64,000 nucleotides of DNA. It comes from Eledone cirrhosa (lineage: Eukaryota). The translations under genes and the position numbers were made by a program. The notes beneath the pieces were generated by a model. The model was given only the letters and a program-made list of their open reading frames with translations, had not been told where the DNA came from and did not search any database. The stretch lies in NCBI GenBank assembly GCA_964016885.1, contig OZ024741.1:83948001-84012000 (forward strand), written 5' to 3'. Every line of letters starts with the position of its first letter. Position 1 is the stretch's first letter. Shown piece by piece: positions 55,278 through 64,000 of this stretch.

Positions 55278-55348
55278 AATATAATAAATTGAAGTGAAAG
55301 CAACTGGTGCGTTTGTTTCTTATTGGCAACATGACCCTCCCAAAGCAT

Positions 55349-55389
<41 letters not shown>

Positions 55390-55412
<23 letters not shown>

Positions 55413-56170
55413 GTGAGAAAAACCACAAACCTTCCATCTCAATCCTACAGCAAATCAGAGACCCAAATGTCCGTCAGATACCCCTGAGTAACCATCTTGC
55501 AACATGTGGTCAGAAAATATAATATTTCCATTCTACAAATTACACAGCCCAAGTGAAATCAAGAGAACAATCAAAGAAAAAAATGTTATTGATAAATTCC
55601 AACCCAAGCTAAATGAACAATAATAATGGGGGATTACTCCTACTATGACTATGACTACGACCATGTCGACTACCACCACTAACAACAACAATAATAATAA
55701 TAATAAAAGTGATGTTCATGGTGATGATTACTAGAAAATGCTATTTTCATCATTTCTAAAAATAGCAAAACAATTGATGCTTTGGATAGGGTTAAATAGA
55801 AGTCGTTAGCCATGCTCAACCTACCGTGACGCCTAAACCAATCAGCTTTAGTAATCCAGTGAAACTACACACCGATGGTCGAAATACAGTTTGCAAAATG
55901 TAGCATTCTGTAGCCACTTTTCACTGTATATAAGGCACAAAATTTACCCATCTCATTACAGTTCAAAATTGCAAACTTGACTGTCACCACAGAATATGAA
56001 CCTGAAGATTGCGAAAGTATGAAAGTACTTGTTCAATTAACACTTAACATTTAATATTCTACCATACTATTTCATTCTAATACCATTATCATTTTAAAGG
56101 ATTGTAAATAAAACGAGTAAATCAGACATATTTGGTATAGCTTTTATCAATATAATCTTCTATACGCAAT
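55390..56170 (+). mobile_element. PLE 3' remnant (GIY-YIG C-terminus, UTR and HHR)
   Basis: QQIRDPNVRQIPLSNHLATCG..PFYKL..KRTIKEKNVIDKFQPKLN; (TA)n on both sides. Confidence 0.7.
55997..56035 (+). ncRNA. Minimal type I hammerhead ribozyme, family J
   Basis: TGAAC-CTGAAGA-t TGC GAAA GTA t-GAAA-GTAC-TT-GTTCA. Confidence 0.8.
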
Positions 56171-56181
56171 CATACACACAC

Positions 56182-56226
<45 letters not shown>

Positions 56227-56412
56227 TATATATCATTTATAAGAGAGACGGATTTATTTGTACATCTATTTTATTACATAATATGGACATTCTGGTTGAT
56301 CGGTTGATACCTTACCAAGAATAGCCCAAGCAATACAAATGGTAGATAGGTTTACGTCTGTTTACAAAGACGTCGGCCGATTTTATGCCCAACTAACATT
56401 CATCAAATGAAT

Positions 56413-56471
<59 letters not shown>

Positions 56472-56472
<1 letters not shown>

Positions 56473-56915
56473 AATTGTTAAAACGAACAAATTTGTTTAG
56501 AACATTTATTTGCTGACAATTATGTCTTCCAGAGGGAAGTCTGGAATCATCGGAGTATAGGGAATGTCGAAACATGTAACTAAAATCCTAGTCATTTAGA
56601 ACATTTAGGGTACATAATTGTTTTTTTTGCTTGTGATTTTTTTGCTTGTCCTTTTTTAATTATACCTATTACACTTCCAATCAGTGCTGCCTGTAATTGT
56701 GTTCTTTCAAGCAGAATATCTTTTAAACTCCTGACTCCCACATGATGCATTTGACACTAATAACAATTATGTACCCTAAATGTTCTAAATGATAGGATTT
56801 TAGTTACATGTTTCGACATTCCCTATGCTCCGATGATTCCAGACTTCTCTCTGGAAGAAACGATTCTCAGCAAATAAATGTTCTAAACTAAAATTTGATC
56901 GTTTTAACACTTTGT
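56472..56915. mobile_element. Foldback element (arms 56472-56620 and 56764-56915) with a variant HHR in each arm
   Basis: 56826-56872(+): TGCT-CCGATGA-TTCCAGA cttctc TCTGGAA-GAAA-cgattc-TC-AGCA. Mirror copy at 56511-56557(-). Confidence 0.8.
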
Positions 56916-57490
56916 ATCTCGGCTCTGTAAAACGCTTGAAAATTTGCATTGAGCCTTTTGTCATACCGGTACCCGGCTAGTACTTAGTACTACCCTACAT
57001 ATTTATAGTTATATCAAACATATATAAATATAAATATTCTTATTACGATATATATATAAAGTTAGGGAGAGAGAGAGAGAGAAAGAGAGTAAGAGAGAGA
57101 CAGGGGGAGAGGTGTGAATAAGAAAACATATATAAACATTTGTTATATGCTTATATACCATATACATATACGTGCCTATGTTTTCAAAGAAATTTATTTT
57201 TTGTCTATCTTCCTCTGTGAACATATCACAGATATATTTATTTGTTTTGAGATTATCAGACAACACCGTTTCAAAATGTGTTAATCTTTCATCTGTGACA
57301 CTTACTCAACCCGTGCTGGGATGCTGACAGTTTCCGATATTTTGAAGTTTTAACAATTGTCTATCTTCGAAACTTTGCCCGGTTATGTATTTATTGAAAA
57401 TTTAGAAGCTTCAACATATTTGTTTTGTTTAAATTTTTCTGATCAAAAATAGTCTATCAAGTACACACACCCCCCACACACACACACACG

Positions 57491-57521
<31 letters not shown>

Positions 57522-58779
57522 ATGCACTCACATACACACATACACAAACTCAGCTCTTTGAAGTCGAGCATCAGGTGATTTGAAAAGGATAATGCTGCAA
57601 TTTCATTTGACAGACTAATCTTCTGGTTTGTATTTTGTTAATGAATTCTTGTTCAAAGAAACTGAAGTCAACAAAACAGCTACGATAAAGTGATCTAATC
57701 CTAATCTATAATATAGTATTAAATATTTAACAAACTCATTTGATACATTTCTCTCTTTTACTGATTTATAAAGTTTATTTAATTCATTTACTATCATCTG
57801 GTTGTTTGTGATTCAAACTCAGTATTTATCCACAACTCTGTATTTCCGCTTCACTACGCAAGGTCAAATTGTATGTAGTTAATTAAATTTCTTGCAGTGT
57901 AATTACTACAACTTGGTAATTCAGATTCAGACTTGTTGATTTATTGGTTCTGCCGAGGAGAAAAACTTTTTTGTTCAGTATTACCATGAAAGTCACAGGA
58001 AAAATAAGCCACGAATTTGACTAGAAGAAAAACTATTACATTTCATTTAAATGCCATTAATATTACTTTAAACAATAATATTTTCAGTTGCATTTTGATT
58101 AACAATACATGACTTGTACACACTGACTATGCAACTTAAATAATAGCATTACACATATGTGGAAAAGAAATCAAATCTTATTCAATACTGATGGGGTCAT
58201 CAATAACGAAAGCAATAGTGTGGAATTTGTGTAATTGTTGGAGTCCGGGATTACCAGGTATATGAACAATCATGGAAAATTAGCCTTTTAAACAATTTAT
58301 TAACGAATCCATATATTTAATAATAAAATGCAGTTTGCTTGAAGCGTTGTATATAGCATATAACGTGGAAAGTGATATAAGGCTAAACAATGCAAAATGG
58401 ACTGTAAGATGAATGTAACTAAAAAGTAAGTTACCTGGCAATTATTGTTTTGCTTTTCCTTGTTGCTGTTGTTTCTTTCGTCCTAATGTATTCGGGACTT
58501 AAAACTCTCTTCTTCGGAGTAAAAGAAAATTTCGATGACCACGTGACTAAAGATGAGAATGAAATGTTAATAATTTATATCTAGGATATAGTTAATAGAT
58601 ATTCAAATTACAAACTTGGTTAAATGCGTAAGTAACCGTGGATAAATAACAATTCACATGGTCAAACGTAAGGTTGGAACACAGGAAATTCGTATTGAAT
58701 CAGTATAACTGAAACGGGATATGCATTGTAGTTATGTACGTATGTGTGGATAGTTGTGTTTAAATTTTAAATGCTGCAG

Positions 58780-59420
58780 GGTCATCTCTCCAACGCTGTG
58801 CTGAATGGTCATGTACCCGCGAATGACTCTTCAAACCTGCCTCTCTCCTGCATATCGTTTTAAAGATATGACTCATATAAGACACATGGACAGTCTTGAA
58901 TGTAAATAACTCTTTATGCCACTTGAGTCCAGCAGCAGACTTACAAATCTTGTCGCAAAACTAATACGAATACGCCGCTGTTTTTCGATGCTGGATGTAT
59001 AGACCCGCGGCAGAACAACGGTGGCAGGTGTAAATAACTGCAATGTAATGTTCAAGATGCCCCTTGAGAATTTTTACTGGAATATTTCTAATGTTCCTAC
59101 AAGATGCCGGTATGTGGTCCAGGTCTCAGAAGCTTACAGAGAACAGCTATAAAAGCGGTTTGATAAACACTTATTTTAGTGCCAACCGGGATCTTTTTGT
59201 CCCACCAGCCATCTCGCATGAACTTGCTGAATAATTCTTGGCTTTTTAGACACTTGATTTGATTTCGAAGTCCAGTGAAGCATCTCTGGAGAGAGTACTA
59301 CCAAGGTAGACAAATGTATCAATAATCCTCAAACTCTAATCCTGAATAAAGATTTTGGGCTTGGCATAGTATTATTGTTCAGTGGGAGGTGGATTACAAG
59401 CCTTGGATTTTTCTGTGTTC
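58780..59420 (-). mobile_element. RTE-like LINE 3' remnant
   Basis: LRIIDTFVYLGSTLSRDASLDFEI and a C-terminal zinc-finger-like FCDKICKSAAGLKWH. Confidence 0.75.
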
Positions 59421-60365
59421 ATAGTATGGTTGTACTGGGCTATATGGTACTTATTTGGAGGTTGTGAAAGTAGACTATGCCGTGAGGTAGTAAACAAGAT
59501 GTAAGTCAAAATTAAACAAAAGCAGGCTCATATATTTCAAAAGCATAAAGATCTTTCACACTTAGGATTCTTCAAAACAAAACATGTAGGAAGGGAATTC
59601 ATGATCACTTGAAAATCACATCACATTCCAAGCTGTGCAATATATGAAATGAAGCTTTGCATATATATATATATAGATAATATCTGTACATCTGATATAC
59701 TTAATTAAAAAATGCATAACGTATTGTATTACTCGGAGATGAAGATAAACAGTCAGATACTCAGCAGTGAAAAGGATACAATTTTCTTTTAAACACGATA
59801 TGTGGCTTTTATGTTATAGCATTAATCAGGAGCAAATATCCGACCTGCCTGTGTGTGTGTGAGTGTACAGGAAGATTTGTCGAAAACACATTGGTTGAAA
59901 CCATATTGGCCAAATTGCTCTCAAGTTAAATTGATTTAAAATATATTAGTCTAAGAAAAGTTAAGATCTTCCACCAAAATATTCATATTTTTAAAAGAAA
60001 TCGGTACATTTTATTTATTTAAATTAATCCAATGATGAATTAATATTCAAATCAAATATAATTCTTTGGTATCAAAATACGAGAGAGTTATAAATCACAA
60101 GAAATATGAGCATAATGATTCGTTCATAGCAAAGAGGAACTTCAGACTTAAATTATGAAAGAGTTGGGATATTTACACTTCCATCACCTGCACCAAAATA
60201 GTTAGGCTTTGACTCCCGAAAAGATCTGCCAGCTACAACTATCTAAAATTGATTTTTGGCAAATTAGGTATACGAGGCCGTTATAAACAGATATAGCATT
60301 AGCTGCTCAGCCGATTAACGGCAACTTAACCGGTCAGGTTATGGTACCGGTATATATATATATAC

Positions 60366-60451
<86 letters not shown>

Positions 60452-60453
<2 letters not shown>

Positions 60454-60563
60454 AAGAAAGGCAGTCATCATGCTTCTAGGAAACCTGGACCTGCCAGTAT
60501 TGTGCAATGGGATGCGTATGGTTGTAACTGAGCTACAACCTCACATTAACGAAGCTAAAATCT
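60452..60563 (+). mobile_element. Helitron Pif1-like helicase fragment
   Basis: [34 protein letters not shown] matches the IMLLRNLD..LCNGTRL.V..L....IEA motif. Confidence 0.8.
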
Positions 60564-61069
60564 GATACACTCATTCGAGATACATTTATATTTTATCACA
60601 GCTATTGTAGCTTCTATTTCGGACGGATACAATGCCTAAGGTTTGTTGGCTATTTCTTCCCCCTTCTTCACTCGTCCCTTACACTTGCAGAGCATCTTGG
60701 AAAAATAATAATAGTAGTAGTACTAGTATTACTACCAAAGATAATGATAAATTTGTGACAACTGTCATTGCCTGACAACTCTTCTCTATATACTGATATC
60801 GCATTATCAATATATTTCAATATGACTGCAATTTATACAGCCTGGATCCGTCTATGGTGACACACCTTCTCTCTCTCTATCTATATATATATATTAAAGA
60901 GACCCAGTCCAAATGAAGACATTTTAAAACTCTGGTGAGTCGATTTGTCACAGTGCTGACACAAATTATAGGAAATCGATTATTCCGATAAAAACCCTTC
61001 AGATTAGCGATTCTAGATATTGCTAACCCACTTATTGACGAAACACGTGTTAGTTACGTAATAAATGTT

Positions 61070-61700
61070 AATCCTTCAACTGCAAAATTAGTGTATTGAG
61101 GTGATTTATTATATCAGAAGATGGTGTGATCTGGTTTTTCTCAGATAAGAAAATCTTTGACCAGGACCAGAAAAGTAACAGACGAAATGAGAGGTGGCTA
61201 TGTGCAGACCCTTCTGAGGTTCCAAGAGTAATGCACACAACATTTCCAGCAAGTGTCATGGTTTTGGGTGTTGTTAACATTGAACAACATGTGATGCCTC
61301 CTCACGTTTTTACACAAGGGCTTAGGGTGAATGTGGCTGCGTATATTGAGGTTCTGGATAAAGTTGTTAAGACTTGGATCAACAGTGTATGCAACAGGAT
61401 TCTGCACCATCACACATGGCTCAACTAACACAAGAATGGATGGCCGACAATTTGCATGATCACATCACCCCCAACATTTTGCCTCCTAATTCTCCAGATC
61501 TCAATCCACTGGACTACTATGTATGGGAAATCGTTGAGAAAAATGTCAATGAACACCCCCATAGCACCAAAAATTATTTGAAAGCCGCTATAGTTCGAGT
61601 TATGTCCGATAGGTGCAAGTACCACTTAATCCGGTCTTGTAAACAATTTAGACCCCGCGCAGAGGCAGTTATTGATGGTTATGGTCGCTTTATTGAATGA
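61070..61700 (+). pseudogene. Tc1/mariner DD37D (maT-type) transposase catalytic domain, frameshifted
   Basis: FFSDKKIF..VMVLGVV..QQDSAPSH..PPNSPDLNPLDYYVW, with 37 residues between the second and third catalytic Asp. Frameshift or deletion near 61390. Confidence 0.9.
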
Positions 61701-64000
61701 AATTATTAAAGTGTAAATTTAGCGTTATGTTCATGTTATTTTGATAGGAATACAGTTTCTTTTTCTTTTATTATATTAGCGTTTTTTTTAAACCATAAAT
61801 ATGTCCTCAAATACACAATACGCATTCGTAGTGGACTTAAATTTTATTAACAATTTATTTACAGTATTTCCAATGAAAGATACGCCTTATGATCTTCAGG
61901 GCATTTCATGAATATTAAAAATATTGATGTGTGTGTTAGTATAATAACAAACACGTCATTATTCAGCTCGTGTTTGTAATTTAAAGATTCTTACAAACTA
62001 ATATGACGAAGAACCTTTAGATAAATATAAAGACTTTAATATATACTGTTTTTTTTTATCATAGATCTAGGCGTTGAAATTTGATAATCGAAATATAGGT
62101 AAAAAAAAATTAACCAATATTTATTGCTTTAATTTGAATATTGTCGTTTTACTTGATTGTTGTATATATTAGTACCAATATACAATAATACATCCGCTAT
62201 TCTCTGTTGATTCTATGGTAAAACATGTATTATCGTATCCTACGATCCATGAGACATGAACAATTCTTTGATAGACAAACAAATATCAAGATTGAGTGGA
62301 AATGAAGATATTTCAAGACATATATTTGATTCTTCGATTCAGGTTAGTTTAATCACATCAATAGCTTTCAAGTCGTGACAGTAGTCAGTTTCTACCGAAT
62401 CAGATCATTGCTTTCACACTATTATCAACAAATTGTATCTATCAAAATTCCCTTCTTTCCTACATAGTATTTTTCACATGACCTTCATAGATAGGGTGTG
62501 AATCTTTTGATAACTATGAAGTATGGATTGAGGGGGGAAATAGGTATAGATGTTAGGACAATGTTATTTCAAAGGGCATGGTAGAAAATGTTTCAATTTA
62601 TAATCAGAGTCCTGTTATGGATTCGGTTTGCAGAGACAAAGCTACAAAAGGAAAAAATAAGCTACCCCACCTTCATCTTTATCAGCAATAGCAATGTTGG
62701 TGCTGTTACAGCTCTAAGCTTAGATGTATAATATGAAAATACATTTAAAAACGTTACTCGGGTCTCCGTTGCAAGAGTTAACCAAGGTGCGGAAGGTGCC
62801 ATTTTTCCCGCGTTATGTTTAGGGAGGCAGCACTTTCCCATCATCAGAGGCCATAAGAAGGCCACACTAATAATGCTGCACAATTTTCATCTTATTTAAT
62901 TGAATATTTCTCGAAAATTTATATTAAAATTCAGCATTATAATTATATCTATGTGAGTTTGTTGGAGGAATAATTGTAGTGTGTGTTTATGAGCTACTTT
63001 GAGTATACTACGTTCTTCAGAATGTTTCTTAGAATGATTGCCTTGTTTGCATGTGTGTTTGTGTGTATGTATAAAGCAAAATAAATTAGTGGGTAATTTC
63101 ATTGTCAGAATTTACATTTAATTTCTCTTCCCTCTTACATTAAAATGATGTAGATCCAGCAAACGAACCCAAAGTGAGTATAGTTTACATGAAAGTATGA
63201 GGAGGGAGTAGAAATTATTATCTGATAGAGAGAAAAATAGCTCGAGGTAGGATGTAATAAGAATAAAATGATGTTAAAACTGCCAACTAAATTGAAGGTA
63301 AACATGTAAACATTGGTGTGTTTTGTTTCATTATTATGATTTTGTTGGCCCAAACATGTGCAGAAGTAAAACGGAAGAAGAGGTTATAAAGAAATAAAAG
63401 AAAGTGCTTCCACAGTAATTACGAGTGGATAAAAAAAGGTTTACTTTACGTTTTCCCCTATTCTATTTATTAATTTATTTATATTGAAATATTTGCAGAA
63501 AGGAAAAAAAATTAGAGAGAAATTAATTTTATTTAGAATGTAAATATATAAATGAAAATTGTTTCAGGTGTGATTTATTTCACTATATATTTAATGATCT
63601 TCTTTGTTTTCTTCAAACGTAAAGAAAATGACAATCTAGTTCATAATTAGTTACGGTGTGTTGCATGATGAAGAGAGCAAAAAGAAATTTGGTAGGGAAG
63701 CAGAAGCATTTAACAAGCTTGCTTGATTTCTCCTTTCGAAAACACTTATTCTCCTGGTCTTTTGGCTCTGATTAAAGAGGAATCTGATAGAGGAGTAATC
63801 TGGTGTAAGTAATTATGTAGAAAGAAGAGCTTGAGTATATATTCTCCATTTTAGTTGCAATTATGTAGTAATTCTTGGTAAAAATAGTTATTAAATGTTA
63901 AATGGTAAAGCTATTTATTGGCCACCTGGTATATACGTATGTGTATATGATCTGTGTTTACGTGTCTGTGTTTGAGTGTGTTTGTATGTGTGAGTATTTT

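Overview
AT-rich animal DNA dominated by (TA)n, (CA)n, (GA)n and trinucleotide microsatellites. It is most likely from an octopod cephalopod, judging by about 12 copies of the octopus-type tRNA/Nin-core SINE. No intact host gene is evident, and almost every listed ORF is a microsatellite artefact. The window contains decayed mobile elements: CRE-, L1/Tx1-, CR1- and RTE-like LINE fragments, Tc1/mariner (including a DD37D transposase), hATm, a Helitron helicase fragment, and at least 7 Penelope-like element (PLE) RT or GIY-YIG remnants. The main hidden signal is a dense set of type I hammerhead ribozyme (HHR) motifs: 16 with intact CTGANGA and GAAA cores, plus several damaged or variant copies, from at least 8 unrelated families. 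Where an ORF remnant is present they lie in sense orientation downstream of the GIY-YIG ORF. Many sit in foldback (inverted-terminal) or partially tandem non-coding elements inserted in (TA)n tracts. Two families have unusually long or branched stem II insertions. All structures were read by eye; none were folded computationally or tested.
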